This document shows, in pieces, positions 38,040 through 49,993 of a DNA stretch of 64,000 nucleotides. A model generated the notes under the pieces. That model searched no databases, was not told the DNA's origin, and saw nothing but the letters and a program-made list of their open reading frames with translations. The stretch spans positions 144,462,001-144,526,000 of the forward strand of contig NC_058368.1 in NCBI RefSeq assembly GCF_018350175.1, read 5' to 3'. The translations under genes were made by a program, and so were the position numbers. The DNA is from Felis catus. Its lineage: Eukaryota. Position 1 is the stretch's first letter; each line of letters starts with the position of its first letter.

Positions 38040-38770
38040 CAGTTTACCTCCCTGTCACCCACCACTATTACACCAGCACCCCCTTTCTTAGCTGTCACCT
38101 GTGGCTGAATGGGGGATCCTGTACAGCTAGCTGAAGGAGAGGGAAAAAGCCCAAGCTTGGTTATAGATGGGTCAGCAGCTCAAAATGGGAAATTCTCCCA
38201 GTGGACACACCGTCAGGTTATGCACCTAGTCATCTACTTTGTGTAGGAAGAGAAGTGGTCTGAGGTTCATGTTTATACAGACTTATGAAAAGTGATGAAT
38301 GGCTTGGCTGACATCAAAGGCCTGGAAAGAAAAGGATTAGAAGTTTGAGGACAACAAAGCCTCAGTAGTAGCATGTGGATGGACACATAGAAATGGGCCC
38401 AAAACGTGATGATCTCTGCAGCATCCACCAGAGAGTTTCAAAGACTCTGTATTCTATTATTTTCCTCTGAAGAGTATTCATTTCTTAGTTAGCAGGCACT
38501 TTATTTGACATGAAACAACCAAATCAACAAACTGACCTGGCTACTTTATGTTAGCTAATAGTTGTTATTGGCCACCCCAGTGCTGATACGATGAGTATGT
38601 GAACAAAATGACATTGTGGCAAAGATGCAGGCTACACATTGTCCCAACAGCATAGATTTCTTTTTACCAAGACTGATCTGGATACTGTTGCTGCTAAATG
38701 TCCAAACTGACCACAACAGAGATGCACAACTGAGTCTTCATATGTTGCCATTCCTTAAGGAGATCAGTGG
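38040..38770 (+). mobile_element. Decayed ERVL pol (RNase H and integrase zinc-finger) remnant
   Basis: Broken-frame motifs resembling ERVL AWFTDGS, GKSSQW, EKWPEV..YTD, MWMD, ATPV, TKADL...ECP, IPRGDQ (e.g. accaagactgatctg...gctaaatgtcca, attccttaaggagatcag). Confidence 0.75.
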
Positions 38771-38779
38771 GCTTCTCTG

Positions 38780-39200
38780 TGGGAGATTTATTGCATTTAT
38801 TCTTTCATTTGAAACAGCCATCTCTAATCTTCAGTTATATGAGTCAATTTTTTTTTTATTTTACTTCAGATATAATGGTTTTTAGTTACAAAATTTATAT
38901 TTGGTCCTTTTTTATAATTTCCATTTCCCTGCTGAGATTCTCCATCTGTGTACTCATTTTTAATATCTTTACCTTTGTACTCATTTTTAATAGCTGCTTT
39001 GAGGTCCTGTTTGCTAATTCCAACATCTGCGTCATATTTTCTCATTATTATGGCTCACATTTACTTGGGTTTTGCTTGTTTTGTATACCTAGTAACATTT
39101 TAGTGTATATTGGACATATTGGATGATACATTTTTAAAGTCTTTTCAATATATATATAGAGAGGAGGAAAGGGAGAGAGAATGGGGGAGACGGGGAGAGA

Positions 39201-39252
<52 letters not shown>

Positions 39253-39870
39253 CAGAGACAGAGACAGAGACGGAGACAGAATCTTAAGCAGGCTCCATGC
39301 TCAGCATGGAGCCCAATGCCGGGCTTGATCCCACAACACTGAATTATGACCTGAGCCCAGATCAAGAGGTGGATGCTCAACGGACTGAGCCACCCAGGCA
39401 CCCCTGGATGATACATTTTAAAGACTAGATTGTGTTGTTTTTCTTTGGAGAGTGTTCATTTTTATTCTACCAGACAGTTTACTTGGCTGACTCAGTCTTG
39501 AAACTCTGTCTTCCTGTGGTGGGCAGCAGCTAAAATCATTGATCAGTTTTTTCAGTCTTCTAGCTATTGCTTTCCAGTAGGCTCCTTGGAATCTTTCCTG
39601 TGCATGTGCAGTTCAGGGGTCAAAGATACGAGCAAAGCTTTTAATGTAGATTTTGGGACATCTCCTCTGTTGTTTCCACCTTTTCTATTCTTTTCTTCCA
39701 TAATTTCTGTTTCTCTGGCAGATGTCATTTTTGTCCTTTGACTCCTAAAGTCAGTAAAAATATCGCTGGATTTGTAGCTGTTTTGTACCACTTGGACTGT
39801 GGTTCTCATGCAAAAGTTGTATACATGTGAATCTCATGTGATGTAGTTCTCTTCTTTCAAGAATAAAATC
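38780..39870 (-). mobile_element. Old L1M/HAL1 5' region
   Basis: T-rich antisense ORF1-like sequence (tatatttggtccttttttataatttccatttccctgctgagattctccatc). Confidence 0.55.
39140..39404 (-). mobile_element. Can-SINE with expanded (GA)n/(GACAGA)n
   Basis: TSD tggatgatacatttt(t)aaag at 39120 and 39405. Confidence 0.93.
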
Positions 39871-39919
39871 CCCTCTTAAATTTTGTTATCAAATAGTTAC
39901 CAAATATATTTTTGTGTTA

Positions 39920-39950
39920 TACATATATATGCATATATATGATGTATCTT

Positions 39951-39987
<37 letters not shown>

Positions 39988-40022
39988 ATATATGTATAGA
40001 TAGATAGATAGATGTAGATATG
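39920..40022. repeat. (AT)n / (GATA)n compound microsatellite
   Basis: Seen directly. Confidence 0.9.
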
Positions 40023-40425
40023 CTTTATCTCAAATATGCTTATGTGGTCTATGTTATTTCAAATTTAAAATTGTTCTCTGCTGGAGGGTTAGTTAGATAA
40101 AAGCTACCCTGCCAATACCAAAACCAGAAAATCATTTACAATTTTAATAGATACTGTCAAACAACTCTCCTAAGTCAGTTTTTATCAGTGTTCTCCCACC
40201 AGTGTTGTATTGATATTTCCACATCTCCCTATGTTCAATAATATTTATATTGCAAAGCTGTTTTCATAGTACTCTGATGGATAAAAATGTCATTTCAGTG
40301 TTTTAATTGGCATTTACCTAAGGTCTAGTGAAGTTGAGAATATTTTCATTCCATTGGAAAGTTTTGTTTTCTATTTTGTAATTTGCCTATTTATAGTTTT
40401 GCTTTTTTCCTATGGGTTATTTTCT

Positions 40426-40633
40426 CTATTTTTTTTAACATGTATTCATTTTTGAGAGACAGAGAGCGCGAGTGGGGGAGGAGCAGAGAGAGAGGGAGAC
40501 ACAGAATCTGATGCAGACTCCAGACTCTGAGCTGTCAGCACAGAGCCCCATGTGGGGCTCGAACTCACTGAGTGCGAGATCATGACCTGAGCTGAAGTCG
40601 GATGCTCAACTGACTGAGCCACTCAGGCGCCCC
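40426..40633 (-). mobile_element. Can-SINE
   Basis: TSD tcctatgggttattttct at 40408-40425 and 40634-40651. Confidence 0.94.
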
Positions 40634-41031
40634 TCCTATGGGTTATTTTCTTATTGATTATATATATAAATTATAATTAATTGTCAGCTGTTTGCATCAC
40701 AACTTCTCATAGTTTATTTTCACCTTTGCTTTCATGTGTCTTTTATCCTACAACAGTATTAAATTTTAATGCAAACTTTATCTTTTATGTCTCTTGTTTT
40801 TTTTATGCCAGTGCTTTTCTAGGTATAGATATTAAATTTTTTTTTTTGCAAAATTGTTTCATACTAAGTCTCCAAACTGTGTCATCCCTGTGATGGGCAG
40901 CAACTGAAATGTGCTAGTGTGTTATTTTACTGCCTGCTTTGGCACTTACTATGTAAAATAAGAAATATTCCTAGGAATATTCTTGAAAATCATTCTTAGC
41001 AATGATTAAGTAATTCATTGATTGATTAAAG

Positions 41032-43275
41032 TTTTAAATTATTTTATTTTAGTTCCAGTTAGTTAACATACAGTGTTATATTAGTTTCAAGTGTACAATA
41101 CAGTGATTGAACAGTGCCATACATCACCCAGTGCTCAACACGACAAATGCAATCCTTAATTCCCATCACCTGTTTTACCCATCTCCCCACTCACCTCCCC
41201 TCTGGTAAACATCTTTGTTCTCTATAGTTAAGAGTCTGTTTGGGGGCGCCTGGGTGGCTCAGTTGGTTGAGCATCTGACTTCAGTTCAGGTCATGATCTC
41301 GCTGTCTGTGAGTTCAGGCCTCGCGTCGGGCTCTGTGCTGACAGCTCAGAGCCTGGAGCCTGCTTCCAATTCTGTGTCTCCCTCTCTGTCCCTCTCCCCC
41401 TCACGCTCTCTTTCTCTCAAAAATAAATAAATGTTAAAAAAAATTAAGAGAGAGTCTGTTTGTTGGTTTCTCTCTCTCTCTGTCTCTCTCTCCCTCTCTC
41501 TCTCCCTGCCCCTCTTCCCCCTTACTCATTTGTTTTGTTTTTTAAATTCCACATGAGTGAAATCATAATGGCATTTTTCTTTCTCTGACTGACTTACTTT
41601 GCTTAGCATTATAATCTGTAGCTCCATCCATGTCATTGCAAATGGCAAGATTTCATTCTTTTTGATGGCTGAATAATATTCCATTGTGTATATACACCAC
41701 TTCTGTACCCACTCATCAGTTGATGGACACTTGGGCTGCTTCCATATCTTGACTATTGTAAATAATGCTGCTATAAACATAAGGGCGCATGTATCTCTTT
41801 GAATTAGCGTTCTTGTATTCTTTAGGTAAATGCCCAGCAGTGTGATTACTGGATTGTAGGGTAGTTGTGTTTTTAACTTTTTGAGGAACCTCCATACTGT
41901 TTTCCACAGTGGTCATACCAGTTTGCATTTCTACCAATAATGCAAGTGGGTTCCTTTTTCTCCACATCCTTTCCAACACCTGTTGTGTTTTGTATTGTTG
42001 ATTTTAGCCATTCTGATGGGTGTGAGGTGATATCTCATCATAGTTTTGATTTTTATTTCCCTGACAATGAGTGATGTTGAGCATCTTTTCTTGTGTCTGT
42101 TGGCCATCTGTATGTTTTCTTTTGAACAATGTCTATTCATGTCTTCTGTCCATTTTTTAAATTGGATTATTTGTTTTTTGGGTGTTGAGTTTCATAAGTT
42201 CCTTTTTTTAAGTTCAAAAAAATTATCTTTTAAAAGTTAACATGTGCATAGAAGAAAGCTAAAAAACTAAGGAAGCAAAGAACAAAGTCACCCATAATCA
42301 CAAGCAGTTTACAGTTTGACTTCTAGGTCCCAGTCTGTATCTGCACAACTAAGCATTTTAATGTAATTAAGATCATACAGTTATGTATTATGCTTTTTTA
42401 CACACCGTGAATATTTATCATATCATGATATGGTATCATATCATACCCAAAGCTATGAGTATTTTGATAACCTCTGAATACACTATACCAACTCAATCTG
42501 AAAGGGAATAAATGTAATCCTGCCTTCTTGGCAACAACAGTTTCATAAAAGACAAATATGGCAACAGGCCCTGAGATAAAGATACTGGCAGAATTACAAT
42601 TAAAATACTGCATTCCCTTAATTTTCAATTAAAAATGATACATAATGTAACAGGGTACACAATGTATAATACTTCTAAAAGAGTTCATTATCCAGTCTGT
42701 ACTCTTCAAATGTTAGCAAGGAGGTATGTTTCCCTTGAATCACTTAATGTATTCCTATAGTACTGCCAAAAGAGATGCATATATTAATAGTTATCATTAA
42801 AATTTAAATATGAACACATCCGCACACTCTCTCCCTTCTGCCCCCTCTGCTGCCAACATAATGCTTAAGTTCAGACATACGTTTCTCTTGGATTTCATTC
42901 CAAGATGCTTTCTTCCTACCATTTATAATGAAAAGAAACTTATAAATTGGTTAATTCACTAGCTATACATTTCATCATATATTGTCACCTCAGGACATCC
43001 AAAAAGCTTCTATGTTACAAAAGAATGAACCTTATCCACTATAAACGCAGGTAGTTTACAAAACACACATACAGTCTTACGGTTATAACCTAAAACAACT
43101 TTCTAGATGTGGAGATTCTAGCAAAAAGCCCTTTCATTCATGAGTTTTGTTAGTTCTTTATATACTTTGGATACTAACCCTTTATCAGCTATGTCATTTG
43201 CAAATATCTTCTCCCATCACATAGGTTGCCTTTTAGTTTTGTTGATTGTTTCATTCACTCTGCAGAGGCTTTTAT
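41032..43275 (-). mobile_element. Carnivore L1 3' fragment (copy A) interrupted by a + strand Can-SINE (41243-41450) and a 936-bp insert (42205-43140)
   Basis: ORF2 C-terminal peptides (MFIAALFTIVKIWKQPKCPSTDEW); SINE TSD agagtctgtttg; L1 resumes colinearly at 43141. Confidence 0.9.
42205..43140 (-). pseudogene. Probable retrocopied non-coding RNA fragment or orphan transduction
   Basis: Non-L1 sequence with T-run at left and 19-bp degenerate TSD; no ORF; source unknown. Confidence 0.6.
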
Positions 43276-45935
43276 TTTTCTCAAAATTTTATTTAGATTC
43301 TAGTTAGTTAACATACAGTGTAATGTTGTTTTCAGCAGTAGAATTTAGTGATTCATCACTTACATATAATACCCAGTGCTCAACACAAAAAGTGTCTTCC
43401 TTAATACTCATCACCCATTTAGCCCACCTCCCACCCACTTCCCTCCATCAACCCTCAGTTTGTTCTCTATTGTAAAGAGTCTCTTATGGTTTGTTTCCGT
43501 CTTTTTTTCCCCCTTCCCATATGTCCGTCTATTTTGTTTCTTAAATTCCACACAAGTGAAATCATATGGTATTTGTCTTTCTCTGCCTGACTTACTTCAC
43601 TTAGCGTAATATACTCTAGCTCCATCCATGTCATTGCCAATGGCAAGTTTTCATTCCTTTTGATGACTCAGTAAGAAAGTATATATATTATATATATATT
43701 ATATATGTATATATTATATATAATATATATACATATATATTATATGCATATATATTATATATAATATATACATATATAATATTATACATATATATAATAT
43801 TATATTATATATTATATATAATATTATATATATTATATATAATATTATATATATAATATTATATATATGTATAATATGTATATTATATATATAATATATA
43901 GCAAAGTATATAATATATATAATATATAATATGTATATTATATACATATATAATACATATATAATATATACATATATAATTATATACATATAATATACAT
44001 ATAATATAATATAACACATATAATATATATACATATTATATATATACATGTATATATATGTATTATATATACATATAATATGTATATTATATATATACAT
44101 ATATAATACATATATAATATATACATATACAATTATATACATATAATATATATACATATAATAATATTTATATTATATATATATGTATATTACACCACAT
44201 TTTCTTTATCCATTCATCAATTGATGCACATTTGGCTCTCTCAATTGTTTGCCTATTGTTGATAATGCTGCTACAAACATTGGGGAGCATGTATCCCTTT
44301 GAATCTGTATTTTTGTATCCTTTAGGTAAATACCTAGTAGTGCAGTTGCTGGATCATAGGGTAGTTCTGTTTTTAACTTTTTCAGGAACCTCCATACTCT
44401 TTTCCAGAGTGGCTGCACCAGTTTGCATTTCTACCAACCATGCAAGAGGGTTCCCCTTTCTCCACATCCTCACTAACACTTGTTGTTTTCTGTGTTATTG
44501 ATTTTAGCCATTCTCACAGGTGTGAGGTGGTATTTCATTGTGGTTTTGATTTGTATTTCCCTGATGATGAGTGATGTTGAGCATATTTTCATGTGTCTGT
44601 TAGTCATCTGGATGTCTCTGGAAAAGTGTGTATTCATGTCATCTGTCCATTTCTTCACTGGATTATTTGTTTTTTGGGTGTTGAGTTTGATAAGTTCTTT
44701 GTAGATTTTGGATACTAACCCTTTATCAGATATGTCACTTGCAAATATCTTCTCTCATTCCATAGGCAGCCTTTTTAGTTTTGTTGTTTCCTTTGCTGTG
44801 CAGAAGCTTTTTAAGTTGATGTAGTCTTTAATAGTTTATTTTTGCTTTTGTTTCCCCTGCCTTAGGGGACCTATGTAGAAAAAAGTTGTTGCAGCCAATG
44901 TCAGAGAAGTTACTGCCTGTGCTCTCCTCTAGGATTTTTATAGTTTCAGGTCTCACATTCATGTCTTTAATCCATTTTGAGTTTACTTTTATATATGGTG
45001 TAAGAAAGTGGTCCAGTTTCATTCTTTTGCATATTGCAGTTGTCCAGTCTTCCAAACACCATTTGTTCAAGAGACTTTTTCCCATTGACCGTTCTTTCCT
45101 GCTTTGTCAAAGATTAATGGACTGTATAAACATTGGTTTATTTCTGGATTTTCTGTTCTGTTCTGTTGATCTGTTTATTTTTGGGCCTGTACCATACTGT
45201 TTTGATTACTACAACTTTGTAATATAACTTGAAGTCCAGAATTGTGATGCCTCCAGCTTTGTTCTTTTTCAAGATTCTTTGGCTGTTCTAGGTCTTTTGT
45301 GTTTCCATACAAATTTTAGGATTGTTTGTTCTAGTTCTGTGAAAAAAAGCTTATGGTATTTTGATAAGGATTGCATTAAATGTGTAGAATGCTTTGGATA
45401 GTAGTGACATTTTAACAATATTTATTCTTCTAATCCATAAACATTGAATGTCTTTCCATTTATTTATGTTATCTCTAATTTCTTTCATCAGTGTTTTACA
45501 GTTTTCAGACTACTGGTCTTTCACCTCTTTGGTTAGGTTTATTCCTAGGTATCTTATTATTTCTGGTACAATTGTAAATGGGATTGTTTCTTTTAATTTC
45601 TCTTTCTGCTGCTTCATTATTGGTGTATAGAAATGCAACAGATTTCTGTACCTTAGTTTTGTATCCTGAATTTGTTTCTTAGTTCCAGCAACTTTTTGGT
45701 GGAATCTTTTGGGCTTTATATATATAGTATCTTGTCATTTGCAAATAGTGAAAGTTTTACTTCTTTCTTATCCCTTTGGATGTCTTTTATTTCTTTTTGT
45801 TGTCCGATTGCCGTGGAGAGGACTTCCAGTACCATGTTGAATAAAAGTGGTGAGAGTGGACATCCTTGTCTTCTTCCTCACCTAAAGGGGAGAACTCTCA
45901 GTTTTTTTCCCATTAAGGATGATACTAGCTGTGAG
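43276..45935 (-). mobile_element. Carnivore L1 3' fragment (copy B) with AT-rich expansion
   Basis: ORF2-like peptides at 44206-44418, 44473-44658, 44828-45085. Confidence 0.92.
43680..44191. repeat. About 510-bp degenerate (TA)-rich simple repeat
   Basis: Almost purely A/T with tatataa/tacata units. Confidence 0.97.
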
Positions 45936-46949
45936 CACATGATTATTAATTTAATTGTTCAGTGTTTGGCTCAAATATTTCATAATTTATTTAATTTGAC
46001 CTCTCCTGTTGGACATTGGACATTTTATTATTATTAATGATGCTGTGAACATTCTTGGACATAAGTCTTTGCATGTTTTTCTAATTATTTCAATCGTATA
46101 GATTCCTATATAGAATTGAGAATACTTTAAAGTCTGTGGTACAGATTGCCAATTATCTCCACAAAATTATAACCATATTTATTTTATTCAGCACATTACA
46201 CTTCCCAATTCTGGGTTTTATAATTTAAAAAAATTATAATTCAAAAAGAAGGTCTTAATGTACTAATATGCATTTCTTTTTCATATTTTCATATCCTTAT
46301 ATTACTCTTTTGTTTTTGTTTGTAGGTATGTGAATATTCTATTCCTTTGCAAACATCTCTGTTAGGGTATTTGACTTTTTCTTATTGATTTAGAAACGTC
46401 TTTACATATTTAGTACATTAATTAATCCTCTTATATTATGTAGTTTTGCTTCAGAAGCATATGCAAGTTTGGATATATACTATAATTTTATCATTATTAT
46501 TTGATTATTATTATTAGGGCTTTCAGTTTTAAGGTTTGCTCAATGAATTTAAGTGCTAATAATTACTAAATAGCATTTAAAATATAAAAAATGAAATAAC
46601 AGCTCACATAATTTTTTGTCACTTTTGCAGTGTTATGAACCCAGTGCTTCTGATTTAAAACCTTCAGTACAACAGTGGCTCCTTGTTAATTTGATATGTG
46701 TAACTGATTATCAATGTAAACCAGGCACAATATCATAAAACACTTTCCCTCTTAAAAGGCTCTGGTTATTTCTTTACTTAGATAAATATTTTCTTTCATT
46801 CCCATTTTGGTAAATTTTCATGCAATAAAAATGGAAATGTTGAATAGCAAAGTCAGAACAGTGGTCTAACCATTGTGTATATGCATCCTCTATTTCACAC
46901 CTTCATGGTAAAACTGTAGATTATGTTATAGCTACTAAAGGATTTTGGT

Positions 46950-47130
46950 AATGTGGGATCTTAGAGGCTCTCTGGTTCCATTTCTCAAGGGCAAGAATCC
47001 CTTTTTAAACCCCACTGAGAGATGGCCAACTCATTGCAGCATCTCTTTCCAGTTTTGGAAAGGTTTCTAAGTCTGTAACTTTAACCTATTATTCCTCTTT
47101 GTGCCTTCTGGATGCACACAGGGTAGATCT
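46950..47130 (-). mobile_element. L3/CR1 3' fragment
   Basis: gggatcttagaggctctctggttcca...aagaatccc...agatggcca...ctgtaactttaacctatt. Confidence 0.5.
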
Positions 47131-49384
47131 CAAGTCTGTCTCCTTATCCACCTTTCCCCTGCTCATGTTTTGGCATAACCGTGGTCCCTCTTTGACTGTG
47201 TACCTCAAGAACTGGCTTGCAGCAGCTTGTAACACTTCCTTGTCTCTGTGTCAAAATATTTTCCTTTCTGCCAAGTGGCACTAACTACCCTGGGTATTAA
47301 CAGCATACATTTTTATTGTATATACTTTCTGCACAGATGGGAATGTAGTTGGCAAAGAAAAAGAAATAAAGTCAGTGGTTGAAATGAGAAAGTGATGAAA
47401 GTGGTAGGAAGTGAAGGGACTTTGGAGGTTTCATTATTTAGAACTTGTGAAGTTAGGGGTTCCAGATGAGTTCATGAGAGACTGGGATGGAATGGATATT
47501 GGCATGGTGATAGAGTTTAGTCACCTTGCTATAAGAGGAGACTATGACCTTGGTGACTGAATTCTCAAGTGTGCTCAGTCAGTGGCTCCAGGCTGACCAG
47601 TTAGATGTCTTTCCCTAAAGATAGTAAGTAAATGGGAATGTTGGAGTTGGGGTGAAGGTAATCACGTAGATCAGATGTTATCTTCAGCAACATCCATCCC
47701 TGTCTGGAGTGGTAACACAGAAGAAAGACAGGAAATTGTATGAGACTTTAATGAAACATAGAGAGGAATTGTTGCCGTTCCCTTGCCAGTTGGGGATGAT
47801 GACTTCAACCGCCATGCATCATGCTTCTCTTTCATGAATTTCAGTATGCTTGGTGATTTATGGGAGCTCGGATCCCTTGGCTGATGAAAAGTTTCTCTGT
47901 TCCAATTTTTAATGGTGGCCTCTCAAAGATTTGAAAAGCAACCAAATATATCAAGTTCTTTTAGCCATTCTTAAAATGACAGGTTTTCTGGCATCTTGTC
48001 TTTGTCACTCGTAAATGGGTACAGTTTAATTTAACTCTGCTCTTCATGAAATTTGGAAGCCAGACACAATGTGTCTTTCCTGTTGTAGAAAATCACAGTA
48101 GGAAGCCGTTAAACTCTTGCTGTTTAAGCTGGTTTCTAAGTTAAATTCTTATTCAATTAAAATCTAAAATCTGATTAATAGAGAAATGTATACTGAGTCA
48201 GTTTTTAAAAACTGATATTATAACACAGTGTGGATTTTACTGTGTCTTCTTCATAGTTTCAAATTCACAGTCAGTGTATTGGCTTGTGTTGGGACAAATC
48301 ATTAAGCAAGTTCTTGCATGTCATCGAAGCTTCAAAATATAACTCCTAAGTCTTTGGGAGAATTAGGAATATTTTCATCATGAACATCAAACAACCACAT
48401 AAAATTTACGAGAACAAAACAACCAACAACAAACACGGTCTGACCTCTTCTTAATTGCCAGGTGCCCAGTGTGCTGGTTAATCATTCTAAAACATCCTTT
48501 TCTTCTTTTCCCTACGCACTTTTCTCCAAGGAAAACTTTGGGAAAAAAGGAACGAACATTTGAATTACCTAGATTTGTGGATCTGGATCAAGTCCAGTGT
48601 CCTACACAGACTTGAGATGAAGGTAAAATCTGGTAATCCCACCCCCCACAGCAATGACAAGATGTACTCATGCCTTTCAAGGCACTTTTATGTATTATTG
48701 CATTTGATCTTTACCTTGGGGTTAGCAGGAGAAGTGGCCTTGTCTTCCTTTCACCTAAGAACAAACTGAGTGCCAGAAGAACTTGGTACATACAGTTCAC
48801 ACTTTGTCTCCAGAGGCAGAAGGAAAAACTTGATGTCCCGCCTTCTAGCCTGGGGCTCTTTCTGCTGAGCCACACTGAGCGCTCAGATGCTGGTGTGAAT
48901 CTGTGAAGTTGGCTGGTATTGAAGCCAGTATGCCCATGGCAAGGTCTCTGTATCTCCGAGTTAAAAAGGAAATAAAGCAATAGGGAGAAGAAAAGCCTTC
49001 AGCCTTTTAGATCTTTGTGTCTAAGAAGAACTGGAGGAGGTAGTTGGATGATTTGACATATGTTTTAACAACGAAGAGCTTCAACATATAACTATGATAT
49101 GAAAAGATGGAGTCTATAAAGTAGTTGAGAAATCAATCTCCTTTAACTTACACAGACTCTTCTTTGGAGCTAAACGTTCCTATAAGACAGAGCCGTGGTA
49201 AAGAAATGATCCCAGTAGGTAAAAACATTCTTTTTCAGTTAGTGCCACACCAGCTGGCACCCATGGTGACCAGATGCAGTGGGCGGAGAGGTACCTTGCA
49301 AGTCACAATTTTGATGACAGGAAGTACAAAAGAGTGAGAATTTGAGGAGGGGAGTGGTATCAAGAAACATAAAGTGTTTCCCCA

Positions 49385-49612
49385 TTTTTATTAAAAAAAA
49401 TTTTTTTTAATGTTTATTTATTTTTGAGACAATGTGAGAAATAGAGTGCAAGCAGCAGAGGGACAGACAGAGGGAGACACAGAATCTGAAGCAGGCTCCA
49501 GGCTCTGAGCTGTCAGCCCAGAGCCTGACGCGGGGCTCGAACTCATGAACCGTGAGATCATGACCTGAACTGAAGTCGGATACTTAACTGACTGAGCCAC
49601 TCAGGCGCCGCC
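49385..49612 (-). mobile_element. Can-SINE
   Basis: SINE pattern. Confidence 0.93.
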
Positions 49613-49837
49613 CCCCCCCCTCCACCTTACTGTTATTTTCAGTCTGTCTTCTCTCACTAGGGCAGTGGCAGCACATCAAGTTGATAGTGATCTGCCTGTG
49701 CCTTGAGGGCTCAGGGATGGGATACTTTTCTCTTATGAAGGGCCAGTCACATACTGGAAAAACATTAACTGAGGTTCCTGTGAATGTTAAAGATAGCACA
49801 GTTGTCAGGCTGAGTGAAGTTGAACTCAAGAGTCAAA

Positions 49838-49993
49838 AGTAGTATAGTGTAGTATATAGTATATATATATACTATATGTATATAGTATAGTATAGTGTAG
49901 AAGTCTAGAGCACAAAGTAGTATGGTATGGTATGGTATGGTATGGTATGGTATGGTATGGTATGGTATGGTATGGTATGGTATAGTAGTATAG
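49838..49993. repeat. (TATAG)n/(TATGG)12 pentanucleotide repeat
   Basis: Perfect (TATGG)12 at 49921-49980 within degenerate TATAG units. Confidence 0.97.

Noticed and set aside
42838..42855. CTCF-like ctgccccctctgctgcca in the insert
   Set aside because: Mismatches at two high-information positions of the core.
43714..44157. 147-aa Tyr/Ile-rich ORF
   Set aside because: Translation of the TA simple repeat.
41526..45085. L1 ORF2-like ORFs as an active reverse transcriptase
   Set aside because: Fragmented by stops and frameshifts, 5'-truncated, no ORF1 or promoter.
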